Of a stretch of 64,000 nucleotides of DNA, positions 24,451-37,299 are shown piece by piece (position 1 is the first letter of the stretch; each line of letters opens with the position of its first letter). Position numbers and translations under genes: made by a program. The DNA is from Octopus vulgaris (taxonomy: Eukaryota). The stretch covers positions 3,162,001 through 3,226,000 of the forward strand of contig OX597830.1 in NCBI GenBank assembly GCA_951406725.2, in the 5' to 3' direction. The notes under the pieces are model-generated. The model saw only the letters and a list, made by a program, of their open reading frames with translations. It ran no database searches and was not told the DNA's origin.

Positions 24451-26075
24451 GGCTGCTTGAGATCAGAACTTATTGACCTGGTACTATCAAGCCAGTGTGA
24501 TGAAAAATGATGTAGACCCAAAGTGCTGATACTGTAATGATGGGATTGAAATAGTGGACCACCTAATCTCTGGGTGTAAGGTTTTAGCACCTGTAGAGTA
24601 CAAATCAAGACATGACTGAGTTGGCCAATGTCTACACTGGATAATGTGTCGGCATCATAAAATCAAAACTGCTGACAAATAGTACAAGCACCACCCTGAG
24701 GCAGTAACTGAAGGAGAAAATGTAATGATTGTTTGGGACTTTCCAGTATGTACAGAGCATGCCATCAAGGCAAAGAAACTAGATATTGTTGTGAAAGACC
24801 AAAACAGTAAAATCCGTTTATTGATTGACATGAGAATACCCTGCGACCATAATATCTTGGCAAAAGAATTTGGTAATCTCAGAAAAGTTGCTAATTGAAA
24901 TCGAAAAGATGTGACATCTCAAGATGGTTACAATAGCAGTGATTGGAATGAGCAAAAAAGGAACTGAAAATTATTTAAGAACAAGGCTGGCCCTTGGGAA
25001 TTACAGGTACAGCTCATTTCTGTGTACCGATGCTCCACTGCTGGATTTCGAAATCACGATTGTAAAGCAAAGGCCCTTACCTCTGGGCCTCGTGCCAGCA
25101 GGTACCAGCTGACAGTTGCATTATCTTGTATTGTTACACAAACATACATAGATAACAGCATACACACATACACACTCAAACACTGTTACATATTGTTACA
25201 TACACACACACACACACATACTGTCTCATACAGGTACACGTGCACACACACACATACAGAGTCTCATACAGTTACATGCGCACACACAAAAATGCAGTCT
25301 CATACAGTTATGCACACATACACAGACACTCACACACAAACACACAGAGTCTCATTACAGTTATGCGTACACATACGTACACACACAAACACAGTGTCAT
25401 ACAATTGCACACACACACACACAGGTACCAGCAAACAATCAGTGTCATATTTTCCATTCCTTTGTTATTCCTTGGAACACTAAAATATTTGTAGAGCAGG
25501 TTGAGGGAGGGGGGAGGGTTTAGTGATTCTTGTAGCAGACTGACACTCTTTCTCTCTTTCTCTTTTACTTGTTTCAGTCATTTGACTGCGGCCATGCTGG
25601 AGCACTGCCTCTAGTCGAGCAAATCGACCCCGGGACTTATTCTTTGTAAGCCCAGTACTTATTCTATCGGTCTCTTTTGCCGAACCGCTAAGTAGTCTTA
25701 CCAAACCAGTTTTATGGCTACAGATGATGATCCATGGCTTACCATCCATGCAGTAAGTGCAAAAGATTAGCTTAACTGCTACATCACAAAGACTGAGAAG
25801 TGTTGCTGTGAATTTTCTTTCCTTTTTTTTTTCCACCCTTTATTTTCTTGGTTTACTTTTTTTTAATCTTTTTCCTTTTCTCTCTCTCTCTCTCTCTTTC
25901 TTCCCCTTTTGCTCTATCACATGACTTTGTATATGAACAATTTGGTGTGTTTATTTTAATAACCTACCAATGTATACAGAACATTTCTCTGCCCTAGGTG
26001 TCAGGAAGACACTCAGCAAGAAATGGAAACAGAACTGAAAGATAAGGAAAAAAAAAAAAAAAAATAATAATAATA
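24451..26075 (+). mobile_element. Second, older Dong-like copy: RLE part 24451-24980 and 3' UTR ~25940-26045, separated by ~950 bp of other sequence
   Basis: 24451-24980 aligns by eye with ~2905-3455 (gtggaccacctaatctct, caccaccctgaggc, gggactttccagta). 25960-26045 matches 3625-3710 (ctaccaatgtatac...gccctagg.gtc.ggaagacactc.gcaagaaatggaa). Preceded by (TAA)n and followed by A-run plus TAA. Confidence 0.8.
25550..25695 (-). mobile_element. SINE-A 3' half
   Basis: cttttacttgtttcagtcatttgactgcggccatgctggagcac...ttgccgaaccgctaagt. Confidence 0.85.
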
Positions 26076-26076
26076 A

Positions 26077-26291
26077 TCCTTTCTACTAAATGGAATAGTA
26101 GGCCTGGAATATTGGTGGGTGATTAGTTAACTACATCGGCCCCAGTGCATAACTGGTACTTAATTTATTGACCACTGAAAAGATGAAAGGCAAAGTCGAC
26201 CTCGGTGGAATTTGAACTCAGAACATAGCGACAAGCAAAATACTGGTGAGCATTTTATCCAGTGTGCTAATGATTCTGCTTGATCACCACC

Positions 26292-26293
<2 letters not shown>
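26077..26293 (-). mobile_element. SINE-B copy between TAA tracts
   Basis: actggtacttaatttattgacc...gatgaaaggcaaagtcgacctcggtggaatttgaactcag. Confidence 0.8.
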
Positions 26294-26362
<69 letters not shown>

Positions 26363-27295
26363 CAATATGGAATTTGGCTTTGACAAATGTGCAAAAGCTT
26401 TGCTCAAATGTGATAAAATGGTATCTAATTCAGCTTGATCATGATACATTTATCAAGGACCTAGACCATGAAGGCTTCTATAAATATCTTGTAATACACA
26501 AAGAGAAGGGGATTCAACATGGATAAATGAAAGAGAAGATCAGGAAAGAGTATCATAGACGTGTCAGAACAGTCCTGAATACTGAGCTGGACTCTCAGAA
26601 TAGAATTGCAGCCATAAACTCGCTGGCGGTACCAGTTGGTGTCCAGTGTAGCGTTAATGCCATCAGTTGGAATCTATGTGATCTCCAGTGTAAGGAAATA
26701 AAGACCAGGTAAGTGCTGACACTAAACACGATGCACCACCCAAAATCAAACATCCACAGGCTCTGTCCTCCATGAAAGGAAGGCAACAGAGGCCTAATCT
26801 AGCATGAAACATCCTATAAAACGACCATGGTAGGCCTTCAAGCGTAAATTCAAAGTAACACTAAAAGGATGATACAGCTGGTAAGACAAAATGAACAGAG
26901 TAAGAAACTGCACTCAATCTTAAAGGAGGCATATGAATACAGGCAAGAGCTTTACTTTGTTGATTATGATGATGATGATAAGGAGGATATAATAGTGACA
27001 GCATACGCTCCAGAGTAAGTATTGGCCAACATGATCATACTTAATTTTACATTCAGTAGGAGCAAGAACTGAGCAATAAGCAACAACATGGTCAATACTC
27101 TCGAGTTTGTCATTTCAGAGTCTACACTTTGTGATTACCTCATTGTGTATAACATTTGCTTGATAGTTCCAGATGAGGAGACTCTGGCCTTGAGCAGCGA
27201 GGATGGACCCTTCTGTTTCAGCTTCAGCTTCAAACCAACACTTTGTAGCCACAGATGGTTTCTTCTTACATCTGTATCAGCTTCCCCAGCTTGTT
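26363..27295 (+). mobile_element. Third Dong-like remnant (RT part 26363-26960 on +; downstream segment 27080-27295 inverted)
   Basis: On +: INMEFGFDKCAK and MKEKIRKEYHRRVRTVLNTELDSQNRIAAINSLAVPV. Minus strand of 27080-27295: LKAETEGSILAAQGQSLLIWNYQANV...KCRL...ESIDHVVA. Starts right after (TAA)n. Confidence 0.75.
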
Positions 27296-27339
27296 TGGGA
27301 TATTGCCTATGCAATGGTTATTCAGGAGAGTGTTCTATC

Positions 27340-28815
27340 TAATGACTGGTGTAGCTGTATCCTTGTAAACTGTTACAAGAGCAAAGGTGTTGCTTTGGGC
27401 GAGAAGCAACTGTAGAGGAATCAAACTTCTAAGTCAAGTTATGAAGGTCTTGGAGAAAGTTAGAGCCTGTTTGATTCACGGAAGAGTAGCCCTGGGTGAT
27501 ATGCTGTTTGGCTTTCTCTCTGGAGGAGGCACCACAGATACAATCTTCCTAGTGAGGCAACTACAAGAGAATAGCTGGCTAAGAATAAACTGCTATTCCT
27601 GGTATTTGTTGACTTGGGAAAATGCATTTGACAGGGTTCAACATTTAGTAATTCGGTGGGTTTTGAGGAAACAGGGTGCAGATGAATGGCTTCCATGAAC
27701 AGTTCAAACTAAGTACAAGGATGCCGTAAGGGAGAGTTGGCAATGGTTTCAGTGAGGAATTAAACGTGAAGGTAGGAGTCCATCAAGGTTTGGTCCTCAA
27801 TCCTCTCCTATTCATCACAGTCCCACAAGCCATCACTAAAGGTTTTAAGACGAGCTGTCCATTGGAACTCGTATATGCTGATAATATAATTCTCATTGAT
27901 GAATCCGTAGGGGATTAGGGAAGATATTCCAAACCTAGAAGGTTAATGTGGAATTAAGGAGGCTTAATGCAAACCTAGTAAAGGCAAAGATTTTAGAAAG
28001 TAGGAAAGATGACAGGATTCTGGTACCATAAGGGAAATGACCTTGCTCAATATATAGAAAAGGGGTGGGTATAAATTCCATATGCTGAACTTGATGTGAA
28101 TTATGAACGTTTATGAGATTTAGAGGAACCACTGGCAGACTATCCAAGAGTTTAATCCTGCTGTGCAAAAGATGCAATGCAGCAGTAGGTGTGAGCACTC
28201 ACAAAACTGAGTCTCTTAAATGCTCAGATGGCTCATTAGGAGCAGTTGGTAGATTTTGTTTCTGAGGATATGTAATTATCAAAAGGGGTGGCTGCTCTGA
28301 AATTATAGCTGTTAGAATAAGAACTGGTTGGAGAAAGTTTAGGGAGCCAATACTGCTACTGGCAACAAAGATCTATTCTCTCAGGGTGAAGGGCAGACTG
28401 TGTGATATTTGTGTTAGAAGTGCAATGCTGTATGGTGGTAAGACATTGGTCTTGAATCTTGGGGACTGAGGAGACTGGAAAGAAATGAATTGGATGTGCA
28501 ATATGAGTGTGGGTGAGAGAGATTTAGTAGAAAGGTGCTGAGTGAAAAACAGGGTAGAAGAGGAATGAGTCTTTGTGTTCCAAAAGAAAACTGTACTGAT
28601 AGGGACACATGATGCATATGGATGAAGACAGCTGTAAAAAGAAGTACCATTTGATTACTGTGGCTGGAATTTTCAGAAGAAGGAGACTTAGGAAAACATG
28701 GGATGACATGGCAAAGGCTGACCTCAGGACCCTGAGTCTGATGAAGGAGATGATAAAGAAATGTGATTCCTTGAGATATAAGGTTCACAAAAAGATTCAC
28801 CCTCCTCAGCAAAAC
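27340..28815 (+). mobile_element. RTE-clade LINE, copy 4, heavily decayed
   Basis: NCRGIKLLSQVMKVLEKV, GGGTTDTIFLVRQLQE, GVHQGLVLNPLLF, ELVYADN, and C-terminal RKTWDDMAKADL; many stops. Confidence 0.85.
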
Positions 28816-29124
28816 TGGAAGTGCTATGTTTCAGGTTTTCCACTCATTACAGTAACTCTTCCCTCACCTCACATTGCATTATGCAATAGAATGTGCAAAC
28901 AAATTTTTGGCTTGGCTCAAGACTCATACAACGGCCTCACAATGCATCATAAAATACTCATTTCAGTAATTCTTTCTAGCAATGCCGTTGCTCATATATG
29001 AGAAAGCAGATACTATATATATATATATAATAAATCCCAAAAAGAACAAACACAAAAAGCAACAATACAAGGACTTGGTACATGTAAAGTATTAGCAGAC
29101 AATTCAGGGAAGGAGAGAAAGATG

Positions 29125-29160
29125 GTTTGACATTTTGAGCAGATGCTCTTCTTCGGAAAC
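29125..29160 (-). ncRNA. Second, decayed minimal hammerhead-like motif
   Basis: GUUU-CCGAAGA-A-GAGC-AUCU-GCUC-AAAA-UGUC-AAAC. G12 has changed to A, which would inactivate it. Confidence 0.35.
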
Positions 29161-29358
29161 AGAGGAAAGTGCAATAGTAGGGAAGACAGAGGAAGAAAAA
29201 TATATATATACACACATATTTATATTCAAATATATAAACGAAAAAAAGTCAGGAGGTATGAGAGGTGAATATATATATATATTTAACCATTTGATATCCT
29301 TAGGATTATGGCCTTTTATATATATATATGTATGTATATGTGTATGTATGTCTATACA

Positions 29359-29429
<71 letters not shown>

Positions 29430-29896
29430 TATATGAAAGAAATGATGAATAAATTACATCTATTTTAAATTTTGTATTTATTGAAATGTTTTTTGTAAGT
29501 GTTTGGAACTTTAACAAATCTTGCCTTTTTCTATTTAGTTTCAATTGCAAAAACAATTGAAATAACATTGCAAAGTTTATCTATAATTCAGGTAATGATG
29601 AGTTTATTGGAACAATAACAGCCACTCAGCTAAAATCTATTAACGTCAGTTTTGTTTTGTTTGTTTATTGTTGCAAAATATATTCATATTTACCATTCTC
29701 TCATTCACTGAAAATGTTATTGTTTTTCTAAGACTTCATTGTCTTCTGCAAAGAAAAAAATATTTCCACCAAATGAATCAAGATTTCTGTCATCGACATT
29801 TTTCAATTGGCATTTATTTATATCAAATATTTTTCATTTTATTTATCTTTTTTTATGTTTATGGAAAGCATTATTACAATTTAAGCCAAACATAGG

Positions 29897-29944
<48 letters not shown>

Positions 29945-30844
29945 CAACAGTCTATGAAATCTTCTAATCTTCTAAAAGACCATTTTCAAAACCAGGGATT
30001 AGTTCCCCAGTTTCTTAAATTTCTCTGTGATGACTTCATAAAATTGCAATCAGGGATTGATTTTGTTGTTGTTGTTGCTTTTGTTGTTTAGTAAAAGATT
30101 AACTGTGATAAGTGGATCGAAGAAACAAGACTTTTAAGAGTGTGATCATAACATCAACTGTATTGGTGGATGGGTAGATAGATAGACTGACAGACAGGCA
30201 GGCAGGCAGACAGACAGATAGACATATAGATAGAGAGTGTGAAAGAGAGAGAGGGAGAGATGTAGGTAGACAGATAACTGGATAGATAGATAGATAGATA
30301 TACATATGCTTATATGTATTTGTGTGTGTGTGTGTGTCTGTGTTTAGATGTTTATATCTAAAGCATCTGACCACAAAGAAGTACCTACAAACATATGTAC
30401 CGAATAACATATGCAAAAAAAAAAGAAAATTCTTTGAATTGAAATTTAATCTTAATTGAGAAAGATAAAACAAAACAGTCAGGTAACAAATGCTTGCAAC
30501 TTTCTAAAATAAAGGGAGTTACTTTCAAAAAATTAAGAATTAATTTCACACAAAATTATCAATTTTCATACTTAGAGTTAAAGTGTTATATTCTTAGCAG
30601 AGAAGATCTTAATTATATTCAGGTTTCAGCCTTATTGGACCTAATGAGAAAAACATAGTTGAAGGAGTCTCATCTTCCCTGATAACAATTAGGAAATATT
30701 CTCCCTAAGCAGTAAAATTAATAATTTTCTTTGAAATTAATTCTTGTTTTCTGGGGATTGTCTTCTATTTTCATTGCGAATCTCCAGCAATGGTTGCTAT
30801 CAGGTTCTTGTGTGTCCTTTTCACCTTTTCAGAGATGTCTGAGG

Positions 30845-31260
30845 TCTTTTACTAGTTTCGTGGTGGCCATGCTGAGGCTTTGCCTTGAAGAATTTTTAGT
30901 CAAATGAATTGCCTTCAGTACGTTTAGGGGAGCCTGGTGCTTAATCTATCAGTCTCTTTTGCTGAGCCACTAAGTTATGGGGTATGTCAAGTGGAGGTGT
31001 GGGACAAACACACACATGTATACGCACATACACACATGCACACATGCACACACACATGCATGCACATGGACACACACATGCATGCACACAGACACACACA
31101 TGAACACACACAAATATGCACACAGACATGTGCACACACACAAATGCACATGCACACACACACATATGATGGGCTTCTTTCAGTATCCTTCTACCAAACC
31201 TACACACAAGGCTTTAGTCAGCCTAGAACTATAGCAGAAGAAACTTGAACCAAAGTGTTG
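30845..31260 (-). mobile_element. Diverged SINE-A copy with expanded (CA/CATG) centre
   Basis: ggccatgctg...tctcttttgctgagccactaagtt...gggcttctttcagt. Confidence 0.75.
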
Positions 31261-32159
31261 CAAATGTCGTCTTTTGTTTGCTGTTTTTAGCTCTGACAGT
31301 TGGGGCATATGTGATGCTGACTCCGACATCATTTGTAATGCCAGATGATTAAAAGATATGACCTCTTTATTTTTATGAACAAAATTGATAAATTGAATAA
31401 AGTGTAATATCTCTTTCAGTGGGGGAAGAAATATTCGTGAACATCAAATAGATTATTATTTGAAGGAGAAAAAAGGAGAAAAAAAAATAAAACAAAGAAA
31501 ACGAGAAGGAGAGAAGGGAAACCAATAAGTTAAAACTTTTCCATTTTCTTCAAGAAAATAAAATTTATTTTAATGGAATAAATATAACTTTGAGATTAGA
31601 TGTTGAAAAACGAACGTGTGTGTGTGTGTGCATGAACATATGTGATTGTCTGAAAGTGTATGCGAATGTGTGTGTGTGCAGGTAGATGTGTGTGTATGTG
31701 CAAATGTTCATTAGTTCTAATTGCAAATTGGTAAATTAGTAAATAGTGTTTGTACAAAGACAGCTGTATATGTGTGCATAATGTGGTACAAGCAAGGCAA
31801 TAACAACAGTTGCATGTTTGCATGCAACTTTTAACGTAGATTTCCTCAAGTTTGTGAATCTCTGACAGAGAAGCGAATCTATTTCATCACCTTTAATATC
31901 GGTCGGCACACCAACACTGACCGATCTATTAAATCCCTTTAGTCAATGTCAATAACTTGTATTAGTTAAAGTGTTCTTTACAACATGGATAATGAATGAC
32001 AAGAGTGTTTCTAGTTGCACGTCTCAACTTTGCGTAAAAGTTCCATGGTTTGATTTCAAACCATTTCTCTTCGCTCTTGCTTACAACACTCATCATCAGT
32101 TTTCTTGCCTCAGCATAGAAATGGCTCCATTTAAACATTACTTATTTTGCTATTCTTTT

Positions 32160-32940
32160 TTTCTTCTACTTGTTTCAGTATTTTGACTGCGGCCATGCTG
32201 GAGCACCAGTTAAGCAAATCAACCACAGGACTTATTTTTTTGTAAGCCTAGTACTTATTCTATAGGTCTCTTTTGTTGAACTGCTAAGTTACGGGGACGT
32301 AAACACACCAGCGTCGTTTGTCAAGCGATGTTGGGAGGACAAACACAGACACACAAACATACACACACACACATAAGTGGTTGTGTGGTAAGCAGCTTGC
32401 TTACCAACCACATGGTTCCGGGCTCAGTCCCACTGTGTGGCTCCTTGGGCAAGTGTCTGCTACTATAGCCTTGGGCCGACCAAAGCCTTTTGAGTGGATT
32501 TGGTAGATGGAAACTGTAAGAAGCCCGTCGTATATATGTGTGTGGGGGGGTGTTTGTATGTCTGTGTTTGTCCCCCCACCACCATCACTTGAAAACCGAT
32601 GCGTGTGTGTTTATGTCCCTGTAACCTAGCAGTTTGGCAAAAGAGACCAATAGAATAAGTACAAGGCTTACAAAGAATAAGTCTTGGGATCAATTTGTTC
32701 GAATAAAGGTGGTGCTCCAGCATGGCTGCATTCAGATGACTGAAACAAATAAAAGAAATACATATATATATATGTACGATGGGCTTCTTTCAGTTTCTAT
32801 CTACCAAATCTATTCACAAGGCTTTTGTTGGCCTGGGGCTATAGTAAAAGACACTTGCCCAAGGTGCCACACAGTGGGACTGAACCAGGAACCATGTGGT
32901 TGGTAAGCAAGCTACTTACAACACACCCACTCCTGCGCTA
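32160..32940. mobile_element. SINE-A (+, 32375-32760) inserted in the central microsatellite of an opposite-strand SINE-A (32160-32372 and 32770-32940)
   Basis: Order on the window: minus-strand tail half, complete plus-strand copy, minus-strand head half. Confidence 0.85.
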
Positions 32941-33009
32941 TGGATATAAGTAGTTAGTTTGCTTGGTAGATAAAAGTAGGTATTGATTTTTGTTTTTTAT
33001 ATCCTAATT

Positions 33010-33188
33010 GTTTAGTCATTCGACTGTGGCCAAGCTGGGGCATCACCTTCAATAACTTTTAGTGGAACAAATCAATCTCAGTACTTAGCTTTTTCTAAGA
33101 CTGGTTCTCATTTGGTGAACTGCTAAGTCCTGAGGACATAAACACGCCATCACCATCATCAAGGATAAACACTGTCTCACACACGCAT

Positions 33189-33230
<42 letters not shown>

Positions 33231-33400
33231 ACACACACACATGCTCACATGCACATACACGCATTTATATACGATGGGCTTCTTTCAGTGTCTGTCTACA
33301 AAATCCATTCACAAAGCTTTAGCTGGCCGACAGTGGGATGGAACACAGAACCATGAAGTTGGGATACAAGCTTCTCACCACACAGCCACTCTTGCACCTA
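33010..33400 (-). mobile_element. Diverged SINE-A copy
   Basis: gtcattcgactgtggcc...gggcttctttcagt...ccacacagccactcttgcacc. Confidence 0.75.
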
Positions 33401-34818
33401 TGTATGTATGTATGTATGTGTGTATGTATGTGTGTATATGCATATGTTTGTGTGAGTGCATTTATGTATATGTGTGTGTGTATGTATGTATGTATGTATG
33501 TATATATGTGTGTGTGTGTGTATGTATGCATGCATGATTGTATGTATATCTGTATGTATGCATGTGTATGTATGTATGTACGTATGTATGTATATGCATA
33601 TGTATATGCATATGTGCGTGTAGTTGTGTGTGCGTGTATGTGTGCGTGTCTGTGTGTGTAAGCGTAAATGGATGTATATGCGTGTATCCGTGGGGTTGTG
33701 AGTTTCTTTTTGTGTGTGTGTGTGCGTATGTGTGCGCATGTTTTGGTGTACATATGTATGTATGTGTGTGTATGTGTGTATGTGTGTATGTATGTATGTG
33801 TGTATGTGTGTAAGTGTGTGTGTGTGTGTATGTATGTGTATGTATGTATGTATGTACGTATGTATGTATATGCATATGTATGTGTGAGTTCATGTATGTA
33901 TGTGTGTGTATGTACATATGTATGCATGCATGCATGTATGTATATCTGTATGTATGTGTATGTGTGTGTATGTATGTATGAATGTATGTATGCACGTACA
34001 TATGCATATAGGGGATATGTATGTAGATATGTAGGTAGGTAGGTTACTAAATGTTTCTGAGGAGTAAAAGGTGTTCCTAACACACCGTAAACCCATGTAG
34101 TGAACCAAACTAAATGCATAAAATGGAAATTATAATGACCTTGCTCCATGTTTCTACTTCAGAATTCTTTGTCAAAGTAGCTACTTGATTTCTACCTGAA
34201 ATTAATGGTTGCCTAATTCTCTGTTACTATGAAGTGGCACTAACATTTGCAAAGAAGGTTTTCCCAAATGGTTCTAAACAGCAACAGTTATTGTTGTTGT
34301 TGTTGTTGCCTCTTGCAAACATAATAGAAACCACATAGAAGTGACTTCCATCTTCCTTAAAAGCAGCTGGTTCCTTCCATTTGACAAATGTTTCTCATTA
34401 AGGATGAAATTTATTTTGTTTCCCTTTCATAGATTATAAAGGAACATAAATTTAGTGGAGGGGCATGATCACAAAGGAGAAGAATTATTAAATGATTTGC
34501 AAATGTAGATTTGAAATTATGAAGGATAATGGAAAATGAATGGCCTTCCGTATATATCACACTCACATACACACAAATGCACACACACACATACATACAA
34601 TTACACCATACACACATACATATATCTATATAATATATGCATCTGTATGTATGTGTGTATGTGTGTGTGTGCGTTTGTGTGTATACATATATATATATAC
34701 ACACACACATAATCAAGAGATAATGAAGAACAATGGAGCATTATATATCTTTAATAAGTTACATATACAAGCTTCATATTTATACATACACATATATATG
34801 CATGCTATGTATGTATGT

Positions 34819-34884
<66 letters not shown>

Positions 34885-35144
34885 TATAAAGCATGAATAC
34901 TGAAGATAAATCTACAGTTAATTTGAAAGCCTTAGCTGTATGGTTTGCAGTTGATGAGAAGACATCACAAAACAAAAAACAAAACTGACTGAGAATGCTC
35001 ATTCAAGTCTGCTACTCTTCTGGTTACTTTAGAAGTTGGGATACTCTTTTCATATCTACCATTTCCACAGTTAATGATTGGAAACAAATAAATTAAAATT
35101 TTATTTAATCATGCTTGTTTTTTACCCCTTGTTTTACATAAGTA

Positions 35145-35654
35145 CCGTAAATCCTTGAGTATAGTCCGCCCTTGAGTATAATACGCAGTGGATTTTTAAG
35201 GTGCTGTACTTCTGAAAAACCTAAACCTTGCCTATAATACACACCCCTTCTCTAATTTGAGTTGTGCATAATTAAGCCAACAGCACCTAGTCGAACAAAC
35301 AATTCTGCACATGCGTAATACAATAATGGTGATGTTCTTAACTGTTACAGGGGAATGTAAAGATGTTTGCAAATTGCTTTTGTTACATGTTATTCTGTGT
35401 TCTGAATACTTTTATTTTAATAAATGTTGCTTACTGCAAGCTATGGATGATTCTTTTATGACTGCATTGCTTTCAGGCTTAGCTTAAGGTATTTTCCTAA
35501 AATGCGGCTGAATAAACATTGCCAGACAGCAAATAGAGACTCGGACATTGCTTAGAAAATGTTTTTCATTTTTAACCTCGTATATATTACACACTAGGGA
35601 TTTTGACCTTTAAATTTTGGGGAAAAAATGCGGATTATACTCGAGGATTTACGG
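35145..35654. mobile_element. MITE / non-autonomous Tc1-mariner-pogo superfamily element, 510 bp
   Basis: TA|CCGTAAATCCTTGAGTATAGTCCGC ... GCGGATTATACTCGAGGATTTACGG|TA: 25-bp TIRs with 2 mismatches and a TA TSD. Confidence 0.9.
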
Positions 35655-35689
35655 TAAATATTCTATAGTAAATATAGTAAATATAGTAA

Positions 35690-36247
35690 ACACTCCAGAA
35701 AAACCCTGGCATTCACAAATCAGAGTTGCTCTACTGGACGAATTTTGAATATTTACTATATACATCCTACATGTCAAGCAGTTTTCTGGGACCAATGTCA
35801 TCCTTCCATTCCTGCCATCCCAATCAAACAATCAGGCATCAATGCCAGGCCTGAGTTTCAGTCAATTTGGTCCTTCACAAGCTGAAATATCTCATTTGTG
35901 CATACCATGATTACAGGTGATAATTATAATTCTCTAAATGAATTGCCTGATGCTGGCCATTGGCAATTTGTCTGTTCATCTTCTCAACATCAAGTGATGT
36001 CCACAGTTGACTCAATAAGTTTATTTACCAAAAGAGATCACATCCACCATGCCACATGCCATGAGTTCAATGTAACCTGGCTCAGATGCTTACATGCTAT
36101 TTAACCCAGTAGCTGGGACCCTGACAGAAGCTACAGTTCGTATGTCAGAGTAGACCTGGCAAAACTGGTGGCTGAAAGGTGGTCCCACACTCCAGAAAAA
36201 CCCTGGCATTCACAAATCAGAGTCCCTCTACTGGACGAATTTTGAAG
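35690..36247. repeat. 60-bp direct repeats (35690-35749 and 36188-36247) flanking ~440 bp
   Basis: acactccagaaaaaccctggcattcacaaatcagagt(tg/cc)ctctactggacgaattttgaa occurs twice. Confidence 0.85.
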
Positions 36248-36359
36248 TCATCTAAATGACAAGGGAGCTGCTATTCATATTATAACATGCACACACACAC
36301 ACACACACATGCACATACACACATTCACATGCACACATGCACACACAGACACACACACA

Positions 36360-36411
<52 letters not shown>

Positions 36412-36882
36412 ATAGAAAACACTTATTGGAGCTCGAATGATTTTGAACTTACTGAGGACCAAGTCGATGAGATAATGAGTAGCTAAAAGAGGAATCCAGG
36501 TGAGTAAATATGGAGTCAATGGTGCAGTTAAACAAAAAAAAACTGCTTGGGTTTGATATTAAAAATATATAGACATGTATACATGCAAATAAAGAGAAGA
36601 CAAAGAGCGAAGGTTTTTAGGTGATGAATATTCAAGTATAAATATATAAACATTGATGTATTAACAGAGCAAATTTAGAGTACAAAGACACATAAAATTA
36701 AAAGGGCGAAGATATGGTGTTACAAGTCTGACAGCTGTTTCTGAGCTGATTGAAGTGTAGCTCAGAAAAAGATGCAGCCTGTAATGGAAGCAAATAGACA
36801 TTGGGTAGATCTGATCATCTTGAGGGTGGAGAGATAAAAATATAACATTATATATATATGTGTGTGTGTGCGTGTGTGTATA

Positions 36883-37292
36883 TATGAGGTCTGATCAATA
36901 AGTATCCTGACTGTTGCTATAGTAACCAATCTAAAGCACGCAGAGTGGAGCTGCTCAGCAGAAATTGACCTTGAACTCTGCTGTGCAGAGGAAGGTGTGC
37001 AGCATGTGATCATAGCATTGACCATGACAGAGAAAGTTGTCATGGCAAGATCTTCTCAGAGGCCTACGCAAGGTTGCAGAAAGTGTATGAAGAGGAGTAG
37101 TATGAGCTGCATGCAAGTGTACGAGTGGTTCAGGCATTTCCAAGATGGCTGAAAAAATGTCAATATTAATGAATGTTCTGCGAGACCCGCAATCAGCAGA
37201 GCTGAGAAAAGCATCGTAGATGTGCATGCAGCTGTGAGCAGAAATCATCAAATCACCATCCGTGAGGTATCATAGGAGGAGCAGATTAGTTT
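36883..37292 (+). mobile_element. Mariner remnant (left TIR and N-terminal HTH of the transposase)
   Basis: TA|TGAGGTCTGATCAATAAGTATCC TIR-like start. Translation: EAYARLQKVY..., MSCMQVYEWFRHFQDG, SARPAIS, NHQITIREVS*EEQIS. Confidence 0.75.
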
Positions 37293-37299
37293 GTATGGT

